DNA from: an uncultured Acidobacteriota bacterium
GTDB lineage: Bacteria; Acidobacteriota; UBA6911
DNA: 64,000 nucleotides
Reading direction: 5' to 3'
Assembly: GCA_963843575.1 (NCBI GenBank)
Contig: CAWJKZ010000017.1
Location: 128,001 to 192,000, forward strand
The notes under the pieces were generated by a model that saw only the letters and a program-made list of their open reading frames with translations, did no database searches and was not told the DNA's origin. Below are positions 17,834 through 27,267 of the stretch, one piece after another. A program made the position numbers and the translations under genes. Each line of letters opens with the position of its first letter. The stretch's first letter is position 1.

Positions 17834-19523
17834 CTAAGGCTCGCGCCGGTCGGGCCAGGCGATCTGGACCCCCTGGGCCCGGATGCGGTCCTGGAAGCCT
17901 GCGAGCAGCTTTCCCTCGTTGCGGATGTGCCGTGGCGCGGTCCGCAGCCTCAGGCTCTCGACCGCCAGCAGCGCCGCCGACTCCCCGATGTTCCACTCCA
18001 CCGGGTGCAGCCGGTAGCAGCCGTTGGTGATGTGGGTAACGCCGAGATTCTTCGCCGCCGCGAGCAGATTCTCCACCCGGCGCGGGATTAGCGAGCCGAG
18101 CGGGATCTGGAACGGCAGGGAATCGACGTCGATGTAGTTGTTGCCCCCGCTGCTGGGGTGCAGATCGATACGGTAGCTCCCCACCCCGACCGAGTCCGGG
18201 AAGACCTCCGCGGTCAATCCGGACGCCGGCCGACCTGTGACGAGCGCGCGGGCGTCGGTCCCGACGTGTTGTTCGAGGACGGTGAACTCCGCCAGGATCC
18301 TGCGCGACTTCGCGGATGTACGGGTACTTGGCGAGACCGTCCTCGGTGCCGGTCACGTCGGGGCGCAGGCGCAGGCCGCGCCACCCCTGGCCTCCGTCGG
18401 CCCGGGGCGCTTCGGTCTGCATCCAATAGAGCAGCGACAGGCTCAACTGCCTGGCGCGGGCCAGGTGCCGCGCGGCTTCGTCGGCCGAAACCTCGTGAAG
18501 ATTTCCCAGCCAGTAGTCGTTCTGCGGCCAGTTGACGAGGCAGATGTCGGACCTGTAGCCGCGAGCGAAGTTCTTTTTTCGGGCGATGCGGCGGTAAGTC
18601 CACAGCCCACCGTCGGTGCCGCGCGTGTCGCACTCGGGGTCGAACGGGTGGGTGCGCGGCTGCAGCGTGATCGGGTGGGTCGTGTTCCAGCTGAGCAGCT
18701 TACCCGGCCAGGGCGGCGTGAGCGCGGGCACGTACTCGCGCCAGAACCCGTACTCGGCCGGCCTTTCGATGGTGTGGTCCTCGCCGGGGAGGTGGTCGAT
18801 GACGAAGCACCAGGTGAACGCCTGGATGTTCGCAGGTTGCGCCTGCTCGGGCGCATGCGGCTCCCCGGTCTGGCTGCGCGATTCGAAACCCGTCACGTAC
18901 TCGACGCGCGCGAGGGGGAGCAGGTCGCCCTGTTCGGTGGCGTCGAGGAAAAAGGGGGCGGTGATGACCTGGTCGCGCCCGCCCCGGGCAGCGCGCACGG
19001 TTACGGCCTTGACGCGGTCCCGGTCGACGTCGGCGCCGACCGGCTTGCGTTGCGTCAGGATGATCAGGCGGCCTTTCTTGACATAGGGCTCGAGCATCTT
19101 CTCGAGAACCGCCCTTGAGACTTGCGGCTCGTGGGTTATGTGCGAAACGGTGCCGTCGCCCGGATTCAGATTGGGGCGCGAGCGCGCCTCGGCGGTCAGC
19201 GGCAGGTGCTTGCGGTAGTAGTCCCTCACCGCACTGCGGTAATCGCGGTACGAACCGGTGAGTCCGAACTCCTCGATCCAGCGGTGCTCGTCCGGGGGGA
19301 CAGCCTGCGACGTGAGCTGGCCGCCGAGCCAGTCGGTCTCCTCGGTCATGATGACGCGTGCGCCGTTGCGCGCGGCCGCTAGGGCGGCGGCGCACCCACC
19401 GGTACCGCCTCCGATGATGGCGACGTCGCAGCGCAACTCGCCGGCGGCGGCGAGCCCCTCCGGCAGAAGCGCGCATGCCGACGCCGACGCCAGAAACTGC
19501 CGCCGTGATACGTGCCCGCCCAT
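17834..19523 (-). CDS. Tat-exported FAD-dependent oxidoreductase, apparent 1-nt insertion near 18309
   Basis: SRRQFL signal, IIGGGTGG and [16 protein letters not shown] continues as SRRILAEF...YRIDLHP...[12 protein letters not shown] after removing one base. Span is 1690 nt (3n+1). Confidence 0.85.
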
Positions 19524-19749
19524 GACACCTCCCGATGGTTGAAACCCTGAAACGGAGGGACACCGAAGGACCTGGCCTGGGCGAGTCTGAACCCACTGGA
19601 AAGCCTCAGAGGGCAATCACAGGGATTCAACTCGAAGGCTCCAGGAGCTCAGGGAACCCGAGGAGCCGCTGGTTGGGTCGCACTCGTCCTTCCGTGTCCT
19701 CCCGCTTCTTTCCGTGTCTTCCGTGACTTGTCTTTTCGCTCGTCCTCGT

Positions 19750-20760
19750 TCAGGCCAAGGCGGCGCCGCCACCCAGGGTCGCAGCGGCCCTGGCGGCCCA
19801 GTCTGGTTCTTCGAGCATCGCGCGGCCTATCCCGATGAGGTCGGCCTGTCCCCCCCGCACGACGCGGTCTGCCAGCGCAGCCTCCCGGATCCCGCCCGTG
19901 ACCATGACCGGAACGTGCACGACGGCCTTAATGGCGGCCGCATACGGGACGAAGTAGCCCGTCTCTCCACCGCTGCCGCGCGCGCCTTGCAGCCCGCCGG
20001 AGACGTCGATCATGTCGGCGCCCCGACCTTCGAGCCACTGCGCCACGCGCGACGACTCGCTCACCTCCAGACCCCCGGGCATTTCGTCGGCGGCTCCCAG
20101 CCGGACGAAGACCGGCACGGCCGGGCCGAGCCGGTGGCGGATCTCCGAGAGCACCTCGAGGTGCAACCGGCCGCGGTTCTCGAGCGTGCCGCCATACTCG
20201 TCGGTCCTCTGGTTCGTAAGGGGCGAGAGGAACTCCGAGAGCAGGAAGCCATGGGCGGCGTGGATCTCGATGGCGTCGAATCCCGCCGCCCGGGCCCGGA
20301 CAGCCCCGTCGCCGAAAGCCCGCACGATCCCGGCGATCTGCCCGACGGTCAACTCCTCCGGCACCTCGCCGTTGGGCTCGTTCGGGTGGCGCAACGCCGA
20401 GGGGGCGAAGGGCTTCCGCCCCAGGATAGCCGAGCGCGCGCGCGAACCCGCGTGCGTTATCTGCAGCGCGACGACGGCCCCTTCGCCCCGCACCGCCGCT
20501 GCGAGCCGCGCCAGCCCATCGACGTGGGCGTCGGAAACGATGCCGAGCTGCGTGGGCGTATGCCTGCCCGACGGGTGCACGAACGTGTGCTCGACGATCA
20601 CCAGCCCACACCCTCCGGCTGCCCGCTTCCGGTGATAATCGATGATGACATCGGTGACGAAACCTTCGGGTGTCGCCTGGCCGGACCACATCGGGGGCAT
20701 CACGATCCGGTTGCGCAGCCGGAGGCCGGCAAAAGACAAAGGGGTCAGCAGACTGGCCAC
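19750..20760 (-). CDS. NADH:flavin oxidoreductase (Old Yellow Enzyme family)
   Basis: LRNRIVMPPM, QITHAG and GFDAIEIHAAHGFLLSEFLSPLTNQRTDEYGG. Confidence 0.92.
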   Translation of the reverse strand: MASLLTPLSFAGLRLRNRIVMPPMWSGQATPEGFVTDVIIDYHRKRAAGGCGLVIVEHTFVHPSGRHTPTQLGIVSDAHVDGLARLAAAVRGEGAVVALQITHAGSRARSAILGRKPFAPSALRHPNEPNGEVPEELTVGQIAGIVRAFGDGAVRARAAGFDAIEIHAAHGFLLSEFLSPLTNQRTDEYGGTLENRGRLHLEVLSEIRHRLGPAVPVFVRLGAADEMPGGLEVSESSRVAQWLEGRGADMIDVSGGLQGARGSGGETGYFVPYAAAIKAVVHVPVMVTGGIREAALADRVVRGGQADLIGIGRAMLEEPDWAARAAATLGGGAALA

Positions 20761-20793
20761 GGTCGAATCCTCCTGGGTGAAAACCGCCTGTCT

Positions 20794-22848
20794 TCAGAAC
20801 GGGACGTCCCGCCTGAAAACGCAGGTGCGAAAACCGCGATGGTCCACGACCTGGTAGACCGGAACGAAACCTGGAATACCCGAGTCGAACACCGGCTGCA
20901 GTTCGGCGTTGGCGAACCGGACGAAGCGTTCGTACATGATAATCCAGCGGGCACACCTCCCGGAGGCGAAGGCCGCGAGTTCCCGCGGGTCTTCGGTCCA
21001 GATCCGGGGAACGGTCCGGTGGTCGGCCAGGAACCCGGTCGTGGAGACATAGCCGTACCCGCAGCCGACCACCGTCTCGTCGGCCGGGATGTTGACCCGC
21101 ATCCATTGCGCCAGAGGCTCCTGGAAGTCGTAATTGCGCTCCACGTCCCACGCCCGCCAGCCGGCCAGACCCGCCGTCAGCAGGACCACTCCACCGCCGG
21201 CCAGCGCCAGCACCCTGCGCACGTCGTAGCCGGCCTGTACGTAGCTTGCGAACGCGGCCAGGCCCGCGGCGCCGAAAATCTGCAGCGGGACCAGCATAGG
21301 ATACATAAGCCGCGGTTCGACCTGCACGAGCGGGTTGAACACGAGTGGAAAGACCAGCATCAGGAGAAGCGGGCCTTCCCTGACTCCCGGCCTTCCCGCG
21401 AAGAATGGGAGCATCAAGGCGAACAGGGGGACGGGTGAGATCATGATGCCGGGCAGCCTCTCGAGGCTGTAGAGGAGGTTGCGCGGCAGGCGTTTTGCCA
21501 GCAGAACGACGTGTTCACCGACGGAGGACCCGGGGCGGGGCGGGCCGTACAGCAGGCCCCGTGCCCCGTACGTCTCGCGGGCCGCTTCCCTCATGTCGAG
21601 TTGCTCGGAAAATTGCTTCGCGAGGTTCGGGTTCTTCTGGAACAGGCCTGGAGTGCCTGCTGTAACCATCGACAAGAACACGTACCCGCCGATCACAACG
21701 GCGTAGCCGGCGGTGGCGCACAGGATCTCCCCGCCAGGGCCCGTGCGGGGCAGGGGGTCGGTGTGAGCGGCCGGCGTCGCGGGGATGGTGCGACGCCGCG
21801 CGGCCGCCACGAGGATGAGGGCAAGGCCGAAAACCAGCACTCCTTCGTTGCGGACACAGGTGAACGCACCAAAGGCAACTCCGGAAAACGCCGCCGGAAC
21901 CCGCCCCCCGCGCCGAACGACCCGGGTCAGGAAGGCGATCGCACTGGTGAAGGCCAGCGTGTAGAACGTTTCGGGATACCCGTTGCACGAGTACTCGACA
22001 AAGCGCGGATGGGCGACGCAGAGCGCGCCGGCAAGCCAGGCGACCGGGGAGCCGTACAGGGACCGGGCCAGCGCCACCACCGGCACGACGAGCAGCACCC
22101 CGGGGATGAACGACGCGAGAACGGCGGCAGGCACCGGGCCGGATCCCGCCTTCCGGAGCACGGCTTCCCACCAGGAGAAGAGGTTGGTCCAGAATCCGTC
22201 GGCTTGGGTAAAATCGCCCCGCGACAGCACGCCCGCAACCCATCCGTAGCTGGCCGCGTCGCCATAGACGGCGTGGGTCACCAGGAGGTAAGCCGCCCGG
22301 ACGAAGGCGGCGGCCAGCAACAGCACGAGCATCTGCGCGGCGGGAGACCCGGCCGAGGGGCGAGGAAACCGGAAAGACGTGCGAAAGCGCCTGACCGCGT
22401 CGGTCTCGAACACACCGAACCGGTACCCCAGGAACGAGACGCTGAAGGCAGCCGCCACGCCGGCGAGCTTGGACAGGTTGATCGTGACCAACGCGTTCAA
22501 GGTCAGCAGGTCGGGAAGGTACTTCATGAAGAACAGGAATGTGGAGGTGTTGACCGCCATCGACAGGAGCGCCACAACAAAGAACTTCGCGACCGCGCGG
22601 TCAGGCACCTCGCCCGTGGGATGACGAAAGGTCCAGCGACGGTTCAGGGCGTAGCTGTTGAGCGTCGCCAAGGCGCAGGCGGCCACCGAGATCAGCATCA
22701 GGGTGACCCCGCTCTGCGGGCGGATCAGCAGCACGAGGGCGTTCGTCACGGCTACGTCGACGAGCGTATTGGCTGCCCCTACCATCGAGAACCGCAGGAA
22801 TTGGGCACCAGTGCTCCGAAGTCGGGCGTAGCTCCCCGGGGCGGGCAT
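20794..22848 (-). CDS. GtrA-like flippase fused to a GT-C (ArnT/PMT-like) membrane glycosyltransferase
   Basis: N-terminal QFLRFSMVGAANTLVD...NSYALNRRWTF (GtrA), then a multi-TM domain with YGDAASY, ETFY and VRNEG. Confidence 0.8.
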   Translation of the reverse strand: MPAPGSYARLRSTGAQFLRFSMVGAANTLVDVAVTNALVLLIRPQSGVTLMLISVAACALATLNSYALNRRWTFRHPTGEVPDRAVAKFFVVALLSMAVNTSTFLFFMKYLPDLLTLNALVTINLSKLAGVAAAFSVSFLGYRFGVFETDAVRRFRTSFRFPRPSAGSPAAQMLVLLLAAAFVRAAYLLVTHAVYGDAASYGWVAGVLSRGDFTQADGFWTNLFSWWEAVLRKAGSGPVPAAVLASFIPGVLLVVPVVALARSLYGSPVAWLAGALCVAHPRFVEYSCNGYPETFYTLAFTSAIAFLTRVVRRGGRVPAAFSGVAFGAFTCVRNEGVLVFGLALILVAAARRRTIPATPAAHTDPLPRTGPGGEILCATAGYAVVIGGYVFLSMVTAGTPGLFQKNPNLAKQFSEQLDMREAARETYGARGLLYGPPRPGSSVGEHVVLLAKRLPRNLLYSLERLPGIMISPVPLFALMLPFFAGRPGVREGPLLLMLVFPLVFNPLVQVEPRLMYPMLVPLQIFGAAGLAAFASYVQAGYDVRRVLALAGGGVVLLTAGLAGWRAWDVERNYDFQEPLAQWMRVNIPADETVVGCGYGYVSTTGFLADHRTVPRIWTEDPRELAAFASGRCARWIIMYERFVRFANAELQPVFDSGIPGFVPVYQVVDHRGFRTCVFRRDVPF

Positions 22849-22959
22849 CAGGCGACCTCGCCGTTCCAAAAACCTGCGCTGTAAAACGAAACAAACATGT
22901 CTCTCCTGAAACCGGGCTTTCTCCCCGGCGAGCCCTGAGCACACGTTGCAGTGCGCCTA

Positions 22960-23199
22960 GGGTTCGCGCAAGAATAAGTTCACATTTTGGCGCGAGCGCC
23001 GGGCGGGCAGATGCAAGGCGCCGCGACGCAGGCGATGTGGGGACATCGTCGAGGAGCGGCAACGCCGCAGATGCCCGCCCGCCGCCGCGCCCCGGAGGGC
23101 TGACGGCTCCGTCAATAGCGATCTCCCATCTTTGGTTGCCGCATGATCTGTTGGCTCGGGAGCCGTCAGCAAAATGTGAAATTATTCTTGCGCGAGCCC
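22960..23199. mobile_element. 240-bp MITE-like element with 30-bp terminal inverted repeats
   Basis: GGGTTCGCGCAAGAATAAGTTCACATTTTG (22960-22989) versus CAAAATGTGAAATTATTCTTGCGCGAGCCC (23170-23199), 2 mismatches. Flanks are CTA/TTA. Internal hairpin CTGACGGCTCC/GGAGCCGTCAG. Confidence 0.7.
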
Positions 23200-23323
23200 T
23201 TAGCTTAAGGGAATCGCCCCGGCGCGCCAAAGGAAATACGCCGCCCGGCACACCACTCGGGCGCAGTTTCGGGTTGCGTCGCGCCGAGGTCGTCTTTAAG
23301 CTCTGCGGGAAGGATCGGGACTG

Positions 23324-24088
23324 ATGAACCCATGGCATGCGGTGGTGATCTTCGGCGCGGCGTTCGCGGCGGGCATGATCAATTCGGTGGCGGGCGGTGG
23401 AACCCTGGTTTCGTTTCCGACGCTCGTCTGGCTCGGCCGTGATCCCGTCCTCGCCAACGCCACCAACTCCATCGCCCTATGGCCGGGGTCCTTCGCCAGC
23501 ATGGTCGGGTACCGCCGCGAATTGGCCGGCAGCCGCACGTGGATCCTGGCTTTTACCGCGCCCTCGGTGTTAGGAGGCGTGCTCGGCGCCGTCCTGCTGC
23601 TGAAAACACCCCCGGACGCTTTCCGGGTTATCGTGCCCTACCTGATCCTCGCCGCGACGATCCTCGTCGCGGCCCAGGAACAGGTTTCGAGGCGTTTCCT
23701 TCAGATGTCGTCCGCTGGCCCGACGCGCCGGTGGTGGACGGGGGCGATCATTTTTCAGTTTTTCGTCGGGATCTACGGCGGCTATTTCGGAGCCGGCATG
23801 GGCATCCTGATGCTGGCGGCCCTTGGGCTGCTCGGGTGCCGGGACATTCACCAGATGAACGGGATGAAGAATTTCTTCGCCACCTGCATCAACGGGATCG
23901 CAGCCGCGTATTTTGCCCTCTCGGGGGCCGTGCTGTGGATCGACGGGGCGGTGATGGCGCTCGGCGCCATCGCCGGGGGCTACGGCGGCGCCGGACTGGC
24001 ACGCCGGCTGGGCCGCACCTTTGTGCGGCGCGCCGTCATCGCGATCGGATTCGGCATGGCCGCCGCACTGTTTATCGTGCGCGGGTAG
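23324..24088 (+). CDS. TauE/SafE-family (TSUP) membrane transporter
   Basis: AGMINSVAGGGTL, ANATN and GIYGGYFGAGMGI. Confidence 0.92.
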   Translation: MNPWHAVVIFGAAFAAGMINSVAGGGTLVSFPTLVWLGRDPVLANATNSIALWPGSFASMVGYRRELAGSRTWILAFTAPSVLGGVLGAVLLLKTPPDAFRVIVPYLILAATILVAAQEQVSRRFLQMSSAGPTRRWWTGAIIFQFFVGIYGGYFGAGMGILMLAALGLLGCRDIHQMNGMKNFFATCINGIAAAYFALSGAVLWIDGAVMALGAIAGGYGGAGLARRLGRTFVRRAVIAIGFGMAAALFIVRG

Positions 24089-24114
24089 GACGTGAGCGCT
24101 GCGTCCGGGCTGAA

Positions 24115-24310
24115 GAGGCTGTCCAACGATTGTGGAGTGCGGCGGCTCGACGCCGCTTTGGTGGCGGCGCCTCGGCGCCACCAAAGGCCGAGGTCGCAGG
24201 GTCGCATCTCGCAATTCGGCGTGGCGCCGAGGCGCCGAGCATTCCTGCCGTAGGACGAGTGAAAGCGGCGCCGAGGCGCCGCACTTCACAATCAACCGTT
24301 GGACAGCTTC
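24115..24310. mobile_element. 196-bp MITE inserted in the loop of a REP hairpin
   Basis: TIRs GAGGCTGTCCAACG / CGTTGGACAGCTTC with TGAA duplicated at 24111-24114 and 24311-24314. Excision restores GTCCGGGCTGAAGCCCGGACCCA as seen at 9864. Confidence 0.85.
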
Positions 24311-24417
24311 TGAAGCCCGGACCCAAATGGGGGGGGCGCTCGGCGTGCCGGCTGCCGTGCGGCCCCGTGCAAACGGTTGACACTCGGGACGAGAGGATCC
24401 ATCTTTCAACTGCCCTT

Positions 24418-25254
24418 ATGATCCTGAAAACGACGCTGTGCACCATGACCCTCGTGATCCTAGGCCAGGCTGCCCTGCTGAGGGGACAGGCCGCGGGACC
24501 CGAGGCGCCTCGACCCGACCTCAGCCGCATCCCGGTGCGGATCGCCGAGACCGACGCCCGCGCCAGACTCGAGCTGTGGGAAACCAGCCTCGGCCGGTTC
24601 TGGATCCCGGTGCCGGGCCGCGACGTGATGCCGCACCTGCAGTGGGAGCAGCTGGATCAGAAGGTCTATGCCCACCCGGATGCGCATGTCCAGGCAGGGG
24701 ACGTCGTGCTCGATTGCGGCGCCCACATCGGATTCTTCACCCGGGTTGCCCTGCGCGCCGGGGCCCGCCTGGTTGTGGCGGTCGAACCCGAGGCGGCGAA
24801 CATCGTGTCCTTCAAAAGGAATTTTGAGAAAGAGCTGCGCGCCGGCACCGTGAAGCTGGTCGCAAAAGGGGTGTGGAGCGGCGCCGGAAAGCTGCCGCTG
24901 AACCTCTCGGGGAGCAGCAACGATTCCCACACGCTGCTCGACGGCGCTCAGGGGCGGGGCAAGGAGACCATCGAGGTGGTCGACATCGACCGGTTGGCGG
25001 GCGATCTCGGGCTGCCCAGGATAGACTTCATCAAGATGGACATCGAGGGGGCGGAACTCCAGGCCCTGAAGGGGGCGCGCGCCGCCATTGGCCGGTGGCG
25101 GCCCCGGCTGGCGATTTCCGCTTACCACGTCAAAGGGGATCCGGCGAACATCGCGCGTGCCGTCTGGGAAATGCGTCCCGACTATAGGGTGGCCAGCAAG
25201 GACGTGACGCGCAGCGCAGCCGGCGTCGTCCCCAAAGTCCTGTTCTTTTATTGA
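24418..25254 (+). CDS. FkbM-family methyltransferase with an N-terminal signal-like segment
   Basis: VLDCGAHIG, AVEP and IDFIKMDIEGAE; ATG 24418 chosen over the long upstream ORF extension. Confidence 0.88.
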   Translation: MILKTTLCTMTLVILGQAALLRGQAAGPEAPRPDLSRIPVRIAETDARARLELWETSLGRFWIPVPGRDVMPHLQWEQLDQKVYAHPDAHVQAGDVVLDCGAHIGFFTRVALRAGARLVVAVEPEAANIVSFKRNFEKELRAGTVKLVAKGVWSGAGKLPLNLSGSSNDSHTLLDGAQGRGKETIEVVDIDRLAGDLGLPRIDFIKMDIEGAELQALKGARAAIGRWRPRLAISAYHVKGDPANIARAVWEMRPDYRVASKDVTRSAAGVVPKVLFFY

Positions 25255-25303
25255 CCGCAGGATACCCAACGGTTTCCGCAAAAACAGGTGCGCCCGCGCT
25301 GAA

Positions 25304-25446
25304 AAGGCTGTCCAACGTGCGGCGCCTCGGCGCCACCGCGGCTCGAGGTTGCCCGGTCGGAGCTCGCAATCCCGCGTGGCGCCGAGGCGCCTGGTATTCC
25401 GGCCGTAGGACCTCGCGGAAAGCGGCGCCGAGGTGCCGCACTCCAG
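25304..25446. mobile_element. Truncated copy of the REP-loop MITE
   Basis: GCGC-TGAA followed by AAGGCTGTCCAACG; internal sequence collinear with 24160-24288; no right TIR. Confidence 0.7.
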
Positions 25447-25453
25447 ACATGTT

Positions 25454-27172
25454 CTAGCGCACGCCGCTCGAGAGGCCCGCGTCGCGCCGTCGTATCCTGA
25501 GGATAGCCAGGACCATGTTCACGGCATCCTTCACCGGGTTTACCTTGGAGCCCTCGACGGCCGTCCATTCCACGGGGACCTCCGCGATCGCAAGGCCGTA
25601 CTTTTGCGCGAGAAACAGGACCTCGACGTCAAAGGCCCAGCCCTTTTCCCTGACGCGCGGGAAGAGCATCCGGGCGGCGCGGCGGCGAAACAGCTTGAAA
25701 CCGCATTGAGTATCGGTGACCCCGGGAACCGCTAGAAGGTTGGTCAGCCTGTAGAAGACCGCCCCCATGATTCCGCGGAGCACCGACCGTTCCACCCGGC
25801 CTCCCGCCTTGCGGGACGCGATGACGACGTCTACGCCGCCGCCGGCCACGGAGATGAGTTTGGCTGCTTCCCGGATCGGCGTGGCGCCGTCGGCGTCGGC
25901 GAACAGGACGTAACGGCCTCTGGCCTCGATCATGCCCCGGCACACGGCCGCGCCCTTGCCCTGGTTCGTGGGCTGGCGCACCAGGCGCACCACCGAGTGG
26001 TTCGCGGCGACGGACTCGACATAGGGGACGGTGCCGTCCCGGCTGCCGTCGTCGACCACCAGCACTTCCGTCCCCCCCTCCAGCGCTTCCCCGAACGCGA
26101 CCACGTCCGGCAGATACTGGGGCAGACGATGCTCTTCGTTGTAGGCAGGGATCACGATGGACAGTGCGGGGGCACCCGGGTCAACTTCCTCCTCCCAGCC
26201 CCCCGCAGGGCGGCGCGTGCGGGCCAGGGCCAGCGCCAGACCGGGGTCGAACAGGTCGAGCAGCGAGAGTTTGTAGCGCGGCAGATAGAACAGTGTGAGG
26301 AGAACAACCGGCAGGCCGCGCCAGAACCGATAGACCACCGGGACGAACAACCCCGGCAGGGGAAAGGCCGGGAGGACGGTCAATCCCAGGTACGCGCATT
26401 CGAGCACCCCGAGCGCCAGGGGCACAGGAGACAACTCGAACGCCGCGAGCGTGACAAGGTAGAGGAGCATGCCGGCCCAGAACGGACAGTTTGGCTGCAG
26501 GACTTGGCAGCCGGTGACAAAGGCAAGCCCCTCGCCGACGACCCCGAGGATGCCGAACGAAACCGCCGTGGCAAACCTCCACGAACTCACGCCGCCGTTC
26601 TTTTCTTCCCTGGCCGGCCACGCGACACTCGCACCGGCGGCGAGGAATAGCAGAAAGGCGGCAGGCCAGAGCCCCCCGCCGGCGGCGGCGATCGCCCCGA
26701 GGGTCAGCGGGATAGCAGGTGCCGAGATCGTCCGGATCCGGAACCAGGCGGTCATCAGCTCGGCCGATTCCCCCGTTTCGCGGCGGAGGAACTCGGCCTC
26801 GACCGAAGGATAGGGCAGCTGGGGGTGGAGCAGGATGGCGCCCTGAAAAACGACGTCGAACGACGCCGCTTCGTGCAGGCTCAGGTGCGGGCCGAAAAAG
26901 ATCATCCGGCGCGCGATGCGACCGGCAAATCCCAGGACGACGGCGACGAATATCCACGCTGCCAAGGTCGCAAATACCCCTGGCCCGGATGGGAAGTCCA
27001 GTCCGAGAAGCCCAAAGCCTACAGCCAGGGATAACCCGAGCCCGGCCAGCCCAAACACGACCGTGGTCCGGAGGCGCCGGCCCCGGGCGGCCACCTGGGG
27101 GACCGGCCACCCGTTCGCCGGCTGCAAGGATCCCTGAGCTCCGGTTTTCTTTTCCATAGTCGCGTCGTTCAC
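25454..27172 (-). CDS. Membrane domain (LPG-synthase-TM/flippase-like) fused to a GT2 polyprenyl-phosphate glycosyltransferase (ALG5/DPG-synthase-like)
   Basis: C-terminal SIVIPAYNEEHRL, VVDDGSRD, NQGKG, FADADGAT, DTQCGFKLF and WAFDVE. The N-terminal multi-TM region has PLALGVLE and YRFW. Confidence 0.85.
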   Translation of the reverse strand: MNDATMEKKTGAQGSLQPANGWPVPQVAARGRRLRTTVVFGLAGLGLSLAVGFGLLGLDFPSGPGVFATLAAWIFVAVVLGFAGRIARRMIFFGPHLSLHEAASFDVVFQGAILLHPQLPYPSVEAEFLRRETGESAELMTAWFRIRTISAPAIPLTLGAIAAAGGGLWPAAFLLFLAAGASVAWPAREEKNGGVSSWRFATAVSFGILGVVGEGLAFVTGCQVLQPNCPFWAGMLLYLVTLAAFELSPVPLALGVLECAYLGLTVLPAFPLPGLFVPVVYRFWRGLPVVLLTLFYLPRYKLSLLDLFDPGLALALARTRRPAGGWEEEVDPGAPALSIVIPAYNEEHRLPQYLPDVVAFGEALEGGTEVLVVDDGSRDGTVPYVESVAANHSVVRLVRQPTNQGKGAAVCRGMIEARGRYVLFADADGATPIREAAKLISVAGGGVDVVIASRKAGGRVERSVLRGIMGAVFYRLTNLLAVPGVTDTQCGFKLFRRRAARMLFPRVREKGWAFDVEVLFLAQKYGLAIAEVPVEWTAVEGSKVNPVKDAVNMVLAILRIRRRDAGLSSGVR

Positions 27173-27267
27173 CTATACCATTATCCTCGACTAACCCAAG
27201 GGACAGGCCTGGAAAATGGTCTTTCCCGGGCAAAACCCGATCTGGAAGAAGCGCTGAAAACCAGAAG

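Noticed and set aside
23479-24417. Long N-terminal extension of the FkbM ORF
   Set aside because: It runs out of frame through the TauE gene and a MITE; a plausible ATG lies at 24418.
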